A DNA stretch of 64,000 nt from Phoronis australis (lineage: Eukaryota; Animalia; Phoronida), in NCBI GenBank assembly GCA_002633005.1, contig NMRA01000125.1, positions 257,971 to 321,970 of the forward strand. Direction: 5' to 3'. Positions 1 through 12,096 of this stretch are shown here, in pieces. The translations under genes were made by a program, and so were the position numbers. Each line of letters starts with the position of its first letter. Within the stretch, counting starts at the first letter, position 1. The notes under the pieces are model-generated. The model searched no databases, was not told the origin of the DNA, and was given only the letters and a program-made list of their open reading frames with translations.

Positions 1-19
1 TACACTTACTTTAAACACT

Positions 20-2525
20 TGATGGAACTGTGCTCAACCGTCATCTTCAGTTGGTCTCCTACTGTCCTTAATGGTTTCGTCCCTAAACCAAGACCATCTC
101 TAGTAGGCGGGACAACAGAGTTGATCAGGCTCTGCCTGACGGTTGTTGATGGTATTGCTGTTGGTGCTTCATCCAAATCCAACAAGATGCCTGTTCAGCT
201 TTGGTGGCCACATCGCGTAGAAGAGCCTTCTTTCCTGTCACAGAGACGCCTAGAGACCTCGCCATAGTAGTGACCGAACTGGCCGGAAAACCACGGCAGC
301 CAACCTCCACAGAAAAACTCCAACACCTCCAGCCGTTAACAGGTCTGTATACTTCAGGTTCTTCCGCTCATATGCCTCTTCTACCCTACTCTCCCACGGA
401 ATGGTGAGCTCGATTAGGATGATCAGGTGGGAACTGTCCGAATAAAGGACCAAGTCAGGGCGCTGGGTAGTCTGGACAATGTGCTGTGGGAAGGATGACT
501 GGTGACCGGAAAGATCAACCCACACTTTCCAGTCGTTGGCTGTGTGAAGGATGCCTTTTTGCACTGGGGTCTTCTTACTTGCCTCATCGCCACTTCTTTT
601 GAAACTGATGAATTCAATCCGGTGGCTTCTCGACTTTGGTTTACTCTTGACTTCATCGACCAACACCCTTGCGAAAACTTTCAGTACCTGGTTGTGTCAG
701 TAGGTGTACTGTCCTGATGCCAAAGACGTGCTGCAAGATGACAGAATGTGTTCTAAAGAACATCTGCGTCCGCACTGAATAAAGCTTGTGTTTTCAGTAA
801 GACCCCAAGTAGCAAGGTTGCTGGGAGTAGGCAGAACATCATAAACAGATCTGATGAAGAACTTTGCTTTCAAAGGAGACATCTTCCTCAAATCCGCCCA
901 CTTTATTTCCCTTTATAAGACTTTGTCCCACTTTGTCCATGCCCCCTGCTGACCCATTTGGACTGCTCGGGCATACCTTTCTTCGTTCTCTGACAATCTA
1001 ACTTCCCTGATTATTCTGTCTCTGTCTGGGTCTTTAGATCTTTCCCTTGCTGGCTCCCTGGTCTTGTAGCCCAGTCCTTGCCTGCCCTGACAATCTGTTC
1101 CTATTAGTTGCTTGTGCCTAAGCTGGCTTTCTGCTTCACTGATCACCGACGTGGTGGACCACTTATTGCCGGTGTGTGACTGGGTGCTGCATCCACTGAT
1201 GGCCTGGCCAGATGTATTCCGCAGAGTGATACTGGCTCGTACTTTGGTAACTTTATATTCTTCCACCACAGATGAGACCGGTAGAACAAGTTTCGACGAC
1301 TTGCAGTACAGCCCAACGTTGCTGAATGATGCAGGTAGACCAAGCCACCTTTGAATGAAACGGCATGCTGCTCATTCCATTTCCTCTGCCGAAGAGGATG
1401 TGACGTCGTAGATTAACAGGGGCCACATACGCATCGGGTGCAAGATGAACTGGTAGCACCAGAGCTTGAGTCTTCCGGGTATGCCGTCTTTGTCGATCTT
1501 TTCAAGCCATACCTTGAGCTGGGCTTTCACATCCTTGACTCGGGATGTGTCTCGTAGGCTGCTATCATAGTACTTGCTGCTGACTGTTCCTTATTGTTGG
1601 AATTCTGTAACCTGCTATCGAAAATGTCTGTGTCTTGAGCAACAGGCCTTTGTTGGTAATTAGTGATCTCGACTTCTCTGCCTTGAATGACATACAGGCC
1701 CATTTAGTGAGCTCTTCTAGGCAACGAAGAATTGTTCTGGCTCCCACTGGTGACTCTGTCACAATCATAATGTCAACAAAAAGCTCTACATGATGGCTGT
1801 CTGACTTCATCTAGCTTGCTACCTCTCCGCTCAGATTGGTCTCTCTTCAGCAAGACGGTCATTGCCATGATAAACAGGATGGCTGAAATGGTGCAGCCCG
1901 TCATAATTCCTTTCTCTAAGTGTTGCCACTTTGTAGTGAAGTTGTCGGCCGTGAAACGCATCACGCAGGAGCTGTAGTATGACTTCACTATACTCTTGAC
2001 TTTCTCAGGAATGTGGAAGATGTCCATGGCACGATAAATTAACACATGTGGTACCGAACCGTACGCATTTTCCATGTCGAGCCACACCATAGACAGGTTC
2101 TTCTTGCCCTTCTTCACTCGGTGTATGAGTTCACTTATAATAGAATTATGCTCCAGGCATCCAGAAAAACCTGGTACCCTGCCTTTCTGCGAAGACATGT
2201 CAAGAACATACTTATTCTTGATCATGAAGTCTGTCATTCTGCCGGATAGGATCGCTAAGTAGATCTTTCCCTCCACGTTGAGCAGTGAAATTGGTCAAAA
2301 CTGGCTAATCTGCTTTGAGTCTTCTTCTTTCGGAACATAAACTCCTTCAGCTCGCCCCCACTGGGATGGAACTACGCCCTTCCTCCGCAGAATCTTAAGC
2401 AGCTTCCTGAGCCTTTCCCTCAACTTGAGACGCATCTTATAGACCTTGTAGGAAATTTTGCTTGAACCAGGGGCTGACTCCGATCGGGTTTTCTAGACGC
2501 CGATTTAATCTCCTCGAAAGCTCAG
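20..2525 (-). mobile_element. Decayed, 5'-truncated non-LTR retrotransposon with restriction-like endonuclease (RLE; HERO/NeSL-like)
   Basis: Frameshifted ORF pieces in the expected order: RT (PISLLNVEGKI, WLDMENAYGSVPH, KGIMTGCTIS, FVDIMIV), CCHC knuckle remnant (CGRRCSLEHILSSC), PD-(D/E)xK endonuclease (RPDLVLYS...IELTIPWE...EAYERK..KY), C-terminus EVGCRGF...WIWMK ending at 125, then a short 3' UTR. Confidence 0.92.
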
Positions 2526-4399
2526 CAGAAAAAATTAGGCTCATTCTTAAAAAGATTGCAAGATCAAAGTTCTCGTTTTGACAAAAATATGTAAGATAAG
2601 CCGATGTAATCTTTTGTTATGAAATCATTTCATGCAAGCCACCCAAGACACTGAAAAACGCAACAAGAGTGACTACAGTCAGTGAGGGCGTGACAAAAAT
2701 GCTCAATAAAGTAGGTGACACGTTGCTACCACTTAAAAATGCCCAGCATCGGCATTTTCAACTCAAAACAGCATAGAAGGTCAGACCAGAATAATGCATC
2801 GATTCCAGCGCAACAACAACTTGACATGTATTCCTTTAGGTCTCTTGATATTTATACTTCAGAGCACCTTAAGAATTCTTTTATATGAATATTTTTGCAT
2901 CTTGAATTGTTCCAAAAGCTAAGTCTTTCTTTACAAACACGAGTCGGTAACAAAAAACAATAACTTCATTGAATTAACATTTTGTTTTATTTACATTTTA
3001 TAGTGTGGTCCACCTGTCTTATTTTAACAAGTTGAATTTTACTTAGAATAACTAGATGACTGCAAACTATAACTTTTCAGCAAATACTTTTGAAATTGAA
3101 AACGTCCAGTGCATCTAGTTAAAATCTGTGGCAACTTTTTTACTTGATTTTAAAGCTATCTTTGTAATACTTAATTGTTTTAACTTTCTTGGGTGTGGGG
3201 CAAGTTAAGAAAGTAAAAATAAGACCTAAGGTTATTTTTGTTGGCTGAAAAGTTGTAATTTCATGGGTGTGACGAACGTACAAATTTGCCGAACGTCTGT
3301 CGCACAATTTCTGACTTAACAAATAATCCCTGGGATCTAAAATTTTGGTCAATAGAAATAAGAAACAAGTTCAAAGAGAATCTGAAAATTTTTATGTTTG
3401 ATTGAAAACTTTCAACGTAACTAAACTTTTTAGCAGTTTTTTGTGACGGACATACGGAACCATGATATTCTGGAGTTGACCTTTGACCCCAAGAGGTCAA
3501 TGATGGGCCAAAGTTGAAATGATATTTTTTATAAAGTTTGGACTTCAAGTGATTGTGCAAATTTGATATTATAGTGAAATATCCATAATAAGCTTATTTA
3601 TGATGATAATTAGTCACATGAAAATCGAGCTAATTTTTTAGGGTCAAGTGACCTCCAAAAGTGGGTCCCGTTAGGCAAAAAAATTGACTATCAAATAGGA
3701 CAATCAAATATTGGTCATTAAAATAGAGAGACCGGGCTTTCAGATGAGATCAGAAATGTTAGTCTAGACACAATTTTAATTTTTTTGTCTCTAGGTTGAC
3801 CTTTTCACGGAATTGCCCCGTAATAAACTACACAATATATATCCAAATGCACACACCATGTATTTTTTTAGTTAACTGGAGGTCAAGTTACAAGACTTTT
3901 TAAAATCCATAATTCAGTTTTTATAGAATTTTTAGGTACTTCCCGTTGGCATGCGAAGACACTTGGCGAGTAAAAGCATGATTGGGAGAAGGGACATACC
4001 ACATAGGGTTTGAGACCCTCTTCTAGGGAATTTTCAGAATTTATTTGTGGTAATGTGATCTCTGATTCGTTCCAGTGGTAGCCTGTTATGGCTTATGTAG
4101 TTATGAGCTAAACTTGCACTGTTCACAGTCGTCAGTACACATACTTGAACACTTTAATCAGTTCAACACATACACTGCACACAGTCATCAAAAATCAAAC
4201 TCCTAAAAGTTTGATTGACATGTGCGAGTTTCTTATGAACAACTCCCTCTTCATCAACAATATTTTCTTAGGAATAATCTTCAAAAGAAATACTATTGTT
4301 GGAATACTTTGAGGGAAAGTGCAAATAAAACCATTGAGAATATTTAGTTCACTTGGTGTTATTCAGAAGTAGTAGTCTTCAAGTACTTTCATCTTTCCG

Positions 4400-5040
4400 A
4401 TTGAAGTCAATGCCATCTGAAAGGGGATCCCTTAAAGGCTGCATCATTGAAAACTGGAAAAGAGTGATACTTAATTCTATCAGGAGGTGACTTATTGCAG
4501 TGACCTCAGCTTGGAAAACCGTGGCACAATTGCCTAGGGATATCTAGATTTCCGAATCTGGAGGAAGGCTTGAAAAAAAGATTCCAGCACCTGTTCATTA
4601 CTGTCCTTCAAACTTCTTTCTATTACAGGGCATCTGTCAGCAATCTCCGTGTAGATATCGTTTGTATGATTTAAAGCTGTGATCTGGACAATCATTAGGC
4701 ATGTTCAGTAGTCGCTCAATTTTGGTCATTAATTAATTATACAGTCACGTTCCTATGACTGTGCAGCAGAATCAGGGATGTGAGTTTTCACCCACTGACC
4801 ATTATATCTGAGATGAAGTACTGCACTTGTGGCTTCGCCCTCAAGGTATTTGTACTGTGGTAGTAGACAAATTAGCATTTTTACGGCTGCAGGAGACGTC
4901 CCTGGAAAAGTAGAGGTGATGCACCAACAAGCTAGACTTTGCAACTCGTTATGTTTGTTGACAACTGTACTCTGTTTCAATGCTGTTACCCATACTGACA
5001 CAGCATATGATATTATAGCTAGGATAAATCCAGAACATAT
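4400..5040 (-). mobile_element. Degenerate LINE fragment: RT thumb/connection plus RNase H (I/Loa/R1-group-like)
   Basis: Minus-strand translation across frameshifts: IISYAVSVW...LQSLACWCITSTFPGTSPAAVKMLICLLP...EGEA, then DIYTE...TGAGIF...ISLGNCATVFQAEVTAI, matching the RNase H motifs IYTDGS/GAG/TVFQAE..AI. Confidence 0.75.
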
Positions 5041-5126
5041 TATTGGGAAAGTATAAGTTAATGTTACTTTTTGGTGATGTTGATATAGAATTTAGTTGAC
5101 TCTTTTTGTTCCTTTAGGTTGGTAAA

Positions 5127-5848
5127 ATGGATACTCCACAGGAAGTTAGCAAGGACTGGTCTTTACAATGTGGCCGGTGCAGTGAAGTGTTCACAGACAT
5201 GGCAATATTGAATGTCCATGAAAAAGAACACGTGGTATTGACACCGTTCCGGTGTATGCTTTGCCCAGACGAGAAGAAGTCTATCTTTAGTAGCCTTGCT
5301 CTTTGTAAACAACATTTTAGCGAACATGGTGAAGGGTGCATCAAACTGTATGGTTGCGGTCTGTGCCCGGAATCCCACCGCACCTATGTCGACGACATAT
5401 CCCTCTTCCGCCATCTTAATCTACACCACACGCTGGGCCGAAAGATATTCCGTTGCAGTGAATGTCCTGAACCATTTGCTGATCTGAGGCTGTACTTGCG
5501 CCACATGTTCAAAGAACACTCAATCCTCGAGAAGGATAACGCATACATCTGCGGCGTTTGCACAGCTGAATACGACAACCTGGTCTCATTTACAGAGCAC
5601 CAGTTGGCCAGACATGGCAAATTTGTTGGGCAGGAGCCATTCAAGTGTCGAAGATGCCACAAGGCTTTCTGGGACACGTACTCGCGGACACGCCATGAGT
5701 ACACTCATTCCCACGATGCACCTTTTGTGTGTAAAGGTTGCAACCGGCGGTTTCCTGAGGAAAATAACCTGAGGGTGCATCTAAAATCAGCTTCAGGACT
5801 GGCTTGCAGAGCGCTTATGCCAGAAAAAACACCAATTTCAAAACCCAG
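5127..5848 (+). CDS. Zinc-finger gene coding exon A (finger cluster)
   Basis: CGRC..H..EH, CMLC..HFSEH, CGLC..HLNLHH, CSEC..HMFKEH, CGVC..HQLARH, CRRC..HEYTH, CKGC..H; GT donor at 5849. Confidence 0.9.
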
Positions 5849-8800
5849 GTATGTTGCTTTTGATTGTGTAGTTATACATTGCATTTCATTTTTCTTTACA
5901 AAGGTATGACTAATTTTTACGTACATAGATACATATGTCAGTACATATAGTCATCATGTTTTTAGTAGTCCGTTTTCAATTTTGATGAAATTTACCACAA
6001 GGGTGTCGGGCAGTACATGTGTCTTTTGAATTGGATGGATCTTTTTCAATGTTTTTAGGGGAAGAGCGTTTCGGATGATATCGAAAGAATCAATTTAACG
6101 GATTTCAATAAGACTTGGCAGTGTGGTGTGGTAGCAGTGTGTCGGCACTAATTAATTCTGAGATGGATTCGACTACTGCTGCAGCATCCCATTCTCTCTA
6201 TTTTGGTTTCAACAAGATATTTTGGGCCTGTTCTAAGAATATGCAGTACCAGTAGATTTTTGAATGGATTTGAAAATCCTGGTACCCCCATTGGACATTT
6301 TAGTTTTCAACAAGATATTCCTGGTCAAAGTGTGTCCGAATGATATGCAGAGAAACTGGTGGATGGACATTGGTAAAACTTTGGTATTGATCAGTGTTTT
6401 ATCTTTAGTTGAAAAATTCACATAAGGCCAGTGAAGTTGGTTCCATGAAGCACCTCCCATATACTCTCATGGGTCGACTTTGTTAGCTCTCGGAGACCCT
6501 CTCCCATTAGGGGAGGGTTTGGGTGCTCCTCCAGAAAATTTTAAGAAGTATCTACTGTATTCTAGAAGATATCCAGAGAATTGACTGACTGTTCTCGATA
6601 AAACTCTATGCAGATGTATAAGACAGAAATGAACTAGCACAAGATGTATTTTTTACTTGACTTCCCTCATGTCCCTTATTGGTTGTTTTTGTTGTCTCAT
6701 CAAATATGTCCAGAAGATGTGAAAAGAACCAGTGGGGGACCTTTATGAAACTACATAGAGGTGCATGTCTCAAAAATACAATGGCATTTGTCGTCTTGAC
6801 CACGTGTGCGGTGTTTGCATATCAATCCTCAGAACCGCTTAGAAGACATAAAATGTTCAAGGACGGCAACTACCAGTTTTTGCCAATTCCAATGTCCCAT
6901 TATGTCAGTTTGTGTCTGTTTGCCAAAACTCCTGTAGTGAGTGCTTTTTTGAAAAAGAAGTAAACAACACTTGCCAATTTTTGAAAGCCTAGTGCTTTGT
7001 CCTTGTTTAAAAGTATTCAAAAGTTTTGTCTTACAGGAAGGTGATTACCTTAGGAACATACCTTTTCATGCACTTTGTGTGTATATCAAAACTCAGCGTT
7101 GCTCTTGTTCCTTATGTTGCAAATATCATTGAGAATATTATTTTTTGTTGTTGGCATGCTTTGAACTGCACAGTTGACTATGATCAACGTTTGGTAAAAT
7201 ATGGGGATTTGCATTCATTAGTCTTTGAAAATTGCTTCACACCAATTTGAGCAATTAATTTTGTCTCAAAATGGAAGAATTTTGCAGACATTGCCAGATT
7301 AGGATGATTGTGAGTAAAATTCGAGGTCTCTTTGTATGGTTCCCCACAACGTAAAGAAATTATTCAGTTATTTATGATCAGACCTGACTCTTAAGTTTTT
7401 TGATTCACAAACACACAACTGTTATTGAATGCTTTTCTTGTACTCTTTTGACAGCAACAACCCTGGTTCCCTGCAGATTCTCTTGCATGGTGCTGCCCTG
7501 CCTCATTCATTAGCATCTGAAGGAGTTCTGTTATGTGAATTGTGCGGCCACGAGGGTAACGAGGAGTCTTTTGAGAAGCACTCTCATGTTCTTCTCCTGC
7601 CGAGGTCACCTCAGGGAACAAACACTGTCTTTACACCAGACGAGCTGAAGCGTATGGTCCACGCAGATCCCAACATTCTTCAGAACACAATTACACTACA
7701 GCCGGATTCTTCCTCTTCTCCACTCTGTCAGTTAGCTGAAATTGCCTTGACATCGACACAGATACCCGAGTTGCTGAACGATGTTCCGGCTATTGCACCC
7801 ACTGAAGTGTTGAATGCACCCTCCACCACTGGTAGTGGCAAAGACTTGAAAAACAAGAAGAAAGGTACCCAGAAGTCCAAACTGGTTTCCCCTGTATACT
7901 CAGACACAATATCAGATGAGGATAAAGAGATACTCAAGCAGCAGACTGTGTCTGACAGTGACTTGAATGAGAAGGTACCTTCTCCTCCCCCGTACTCCAT
8001 CCTGCAGCTGTTGGATATTTATCCCGTGCGTCGTTTCACACCACACCTTAAAACAAAACTGGTGATGCTGCTGTCCAAGTATGCCATCACTTATGTGCAC
8101 AGGATTGTCAGCATCTGTGCCATATGTACCTCGGTGTTTGATGACGTGCAAGAGTACAAGAGGCATGCTTTGAAACACAAGGGTGGAAGCAGGGACATGA
8201 AGGTGCCCCCGGAGAACCTCATTACTGGCATCTTTAAGGAAGACGATGAGACCACACAGCATGCGTGTGGTATTGTCTGCCTACATTGCCTTCAGCCGTT
8301 TGTGAACTTCTACGACTTCTACCAGCACGTGAAGAAGACCAGTGACGGATGGGCTTCAGGTTGTATTCATGGTCTTCAGACGTACAGCATGGATCCGTGT
8401 CTTGAAACACTGAAGAGTCTCCAATCCTCAAGCAAACAACCCAAAGCCAATGCTTCAGGAGCTCCTACAGCAGCTGATGCAACAGTAGCAGCTGCAACTA
8501 CAGTAGCAACCCCTCCCACTAGCGCCCAGCCTCAATCTTCAGCACCTACACCTCCTGTTGGAAATATGGTGACAATAAAACACAATCTTCAGAAAATTCA
8601 GAATCACCTGTCCAAAATGAAGAGCAGCCACGGGACACCTAGTCCACCAGCAGCCAATGTTGTTGACAATAGTACTCTGCTGCGTATGTTGCAGTCGCAG
8701 CCACTGAGCACTGCCAATGTACCGTCCATGCCAGTGAACAGTGGTCAGAATGTGCCTGTCTGTAAAAAAGCTATTCGGAGATTTAAAAGCAATAAGATTA

Positions 8801-11800
8801 AAGCCTCTGAAATATCACAGGCCACTGTGGATGCAGCTAGAGGTAAATTGCCCGTTGATAATACCAAGGTACAAGCAAAAAATGGCAGAAGTGTTTCCGA
8901 TAAGCCAATTAGCCCTAAGCCGTCGATAGCCTCAATGTTACAAATTGACACTGGAGCAAAAACGCAACAGATGATTAATCTTGAGGACAACATAGTCAGA
9001 TCTTGCTTAACTCCATCCCATGAGAATACTAAGTCGCAGCCTAAGAAGTCTTTAGAGAGCAAGACATGCCAATCACCAAAGGGTTTTTTGCAAGATGTCA
9101 CAAGTGAGGTTTTTACCATAAGTCTTGCTACAGACACATCCACATCACCTCTGTCCTTTGATAAGTCTGCTGATAAGTTGAATGCAGAGATGAAAAGTGC
9201 TGAAACTAATCATGATAGACAGGTTGGTCCAGAGATGGTTAACGAAGAGACTTGCAGTTCAACCAAGAAAGTTACCGAGACTTCTGCTCAACTCCCACCA
9301 CAACAAAGTGATAGTCTTGATGAGAGAACGGCATTTGCCTTGGAGCTGACTAGTGTGAAAGTGACCGCACAACAAACGGAGAGCTTACCAAAACCTTCAG
9401 CTGATGCATTGTCAGAGGTGCCCATTGAGCCAGTGGGTGACGTTCTTGGAGTTATGAGCATTTCTTGTGACCCTAAAGAAACTGTACAGAAAGATTTTAC
9501 TGAAAGCACAGTTTCAGATCAGACTGTTCAACACCAGGAATCACCAGGTGTCTCTGCTGACAGTAGTATCGGTGTATCCAAACGTACCAGAAAGAAGCCT
9601 AAAAGATTTATAGACATGGAAGATCCAACTCCTAAGAAAAGAGGTGTTGATAATTGTGACAAGACAAAACAAAGTAATGATGATTCCAAGAAGGTTGGCA
9701 ACAATAGGTTAGACCATTCATCCGCATCAAACGTTGAGCAGAAATCGAATAAGAAAAAGAGAAAGGTAAAGAAGCATGCTGCTCAGAAGCCAGCTATTCC
9801 TTGTGAAGTTGTGTTCAACGATCTCCATGACGATGTTAAGGATGTTATTGGTGAGTCCTCAGATTATCGGTCAAGTCCTCCTGTTTGTAGTGACAGTGAT
9901 GCCACGGTTGAATTCTGTTCTCAAGAAAATGCTGATTTCTCTGGTCCGGAAGAGCATGTAGATGGTAGCGTCATCAGTACTGTTGATTTCAATGATTCTC
10001 AAAGAAATGCTGCTGCAGATTCAAGCACTGGCATGAATGGCACGGAGAAAACTGTACTAGAGGGCTTCTGCTGTAAAGGTTCGAACACCGTGGAAAATGA
10101 GGCTTTGGGTAGCGCTGATGAGAAGGTGTGTGGTATGATTGAAGAGGGTACAGAAACAGAAGTGACAGGACAGAACACAGAAAAGTTGCCAGCTTTGAGT
10201 CCTGTAAGTGGGCAAGATTTGACTCTGGAACAAGGTGTGAATGAAGAACCTCAGATAAAGCCTTCTGTTGTTGAAAATGGATTTGACGAAAAAAGAGAAT
10301 GCAATGATGTTCCTGCACTTGTTGGAGAAAGTAATTTAGAAGGAAACATCAAAACTATCTTAGGGAAGAAGAGAAAGAGTAAAAGAAAGTTTGGTCCCTG
10401 GTCAAAGACTGCCAAGATAGAAGAGATTCCCAAAGAACATGATCAAAATGCAGGTGTTTCGTCTTCCAGAGGTGATAATCTAGTCAGTGATGATCTAATC
10501 TCCGGTGAACCCTTGCTTAACAAAAATGATGATGAAAGAGATGAAATGACCAGTGTTGAAAAAAGGCCAGTTGAAGAGATTGCATTAGAAGGAGATGATA
10601 TGATTGGTGCTTGCCGTCCACTTGAAGATAAATTGAAAACCGAGACCCCAGTTACAAGTATCAATGCTCACAGCTTTCAGGGAGACTGCTCACTGCTTGA
10701 TAAAGGGATTGCTTTTGTTAAGCTTCATAGGTTGAATTTGAGCTGCGATGCTGCCCTAAGACATGAACCAGTTGTGGAAACTGCAAATGTTGAAGCAGGT
10801 CTTTATGAAGAACCCGTGTTAGAAGAGTCTGTTGAATGCTGTGAAGAACCAGATGATACTACAAGTTATGTTAGCAGAGGAAAACAGAATGACAGTTTGT
10901 CAATGTCTGACCGAACATCACATTTGAGTGTTGAAGGAACAGAAGATGGCGTTGTTTTTATAGATGAGACTGTGCCTTTGATGAACAACAATGCTGTTGA
11001 AGACCTAGATGTCAAAGATGGAAGCCTTTCTGGGACCCACATGCAGCATTGTCCAAAAGACGTTGATGCCAGTTCTAATACCACTGCTCAAGGTATGGAA
11101 GTCACTGCTTGTGGGGAAGAATTGGAGCTAAATGAAGAACCCTCTACTGTCGTCAGTAACGTTGATGCAGACATGGAATATCCATCCAGTACCTCAGAAA
11201 TGTTGAACAAAAAGGTGAATGTGTCAAGTGAATATTCGGAGAATGAAGATATTGCTCTCCTCTCATCTACAAGTGCTTCTTCGGAAGACGAGCTGAAATT
11301 TTATAAGGCCAGTTGTGAGATGTTGGAAAAGGAACTGGTTAGTCTTAAGAGAGCTGTTGGCAAGACATTAGTAAACGGGTCTGATGTTAGTAGCAACTAC
11401 CTCAATGGTTCAGAAGAAGATGAGATAGTGGGGGATGTTATGAATCCCAACAGTGCAAAGAAAGGAGGAAAGATGATCAAGTTGATTGAAAAGCAGGTTG
11501 ATGATGAAAAGTATTGCAAACTTGAAGCTCAAAATGCAAGCCTCATGCAAAAAAATGCAGAAATAGAAAAAAATATAGCAGACCTTGAAGAAAAATTGCG
11601 TACCTCTCAAGAAGAAGAAAAGAAGGTTTTGGAAAAATGTGCTTCGTTGGAAAAGACCAATGAGCGTCTCTTACAGAAAGCTTATGCTCTTGAAACCCTT
11701 CTGAAGAGCAGTTGTGAATCACATCTGCAGAAACTTCAACTAGTTAAGTCACGTGTAAATGATTTTGAGAAAAGGAATGCCACTCTGCAAGTAAAGTACA

Positions 11801-12096
11801 AGGAAATGGAAGAAAAAATGGACCAGTGTTTATTGGTGGCGTCTGGTGCGAGACGGGATAGAAATGAGATGAATGAAAAAATTGTCAGTCTCAAAAGAGT
11901 GCATGATGCAGTTGTCAGCGAAAAGGAATCAGCACATGCTTCTTCTGTTAAACAAAAGAAGGAACTATTGGACCTTCGAACAGATGTGCTTAAACTGATT
12001 CAAATGCTTGACAGTGATTTGGTTCAAGACGTGGGCGAACATTTGGAACGTGTTGACGAGAAATTGAAAACTGTCATCCTGCATTTGAAGGAGTAG
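5127..12096 (+). CDS. Large C2H2 zinc-finger protein with acidic disordered region and C-terminal coiled coil (exons 5127-5848, 7455-12096; ~1787 aa)
   Basis: Acceptor tttag at 5117, ATG 5127, donor AG|gtatg at 5848 (phase 2) joins acceptor acag|C at 7455 in frame. About 7 tandem C2H2/C2HC fingers in the first exon and 2-3 more in the second, basic NLS-like patches, heptad-rich C-terminus. An upstream exon is probable but was not located. Confidence 0.88.
7455..12096 (+). CDS. Zinc-finger gene coding exon B (4.6 kb terminal exon)
   Basis: Uninterrupted 1555-codon ORF; polypyrimidine/AG acceptor at 7454; TAG stop at 12094-12096. Confidence 0.9.

Noticed and set aside
42-83. Canonical hammerhead in the retrotransposon 3' UTR (GGACGAAAC and CTGAAGA both present on the minus strand)
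   Set aside because: The flanks do not form stem II in the required register; the pseudoknot pairings fit better.
3140-3820. ORFs 3140-3560 and gttgacctttgacccc motifs
   Set aside because: Looks like a non-coding DNA-transposon-derived repeat; only one putative end is visible, so it was not annotated.
7728-11610. Antisense ORFs inside the large zinc-finger exon
   Set aside because: Shadow ORFs of a long coding exon with no recognisable motifs.
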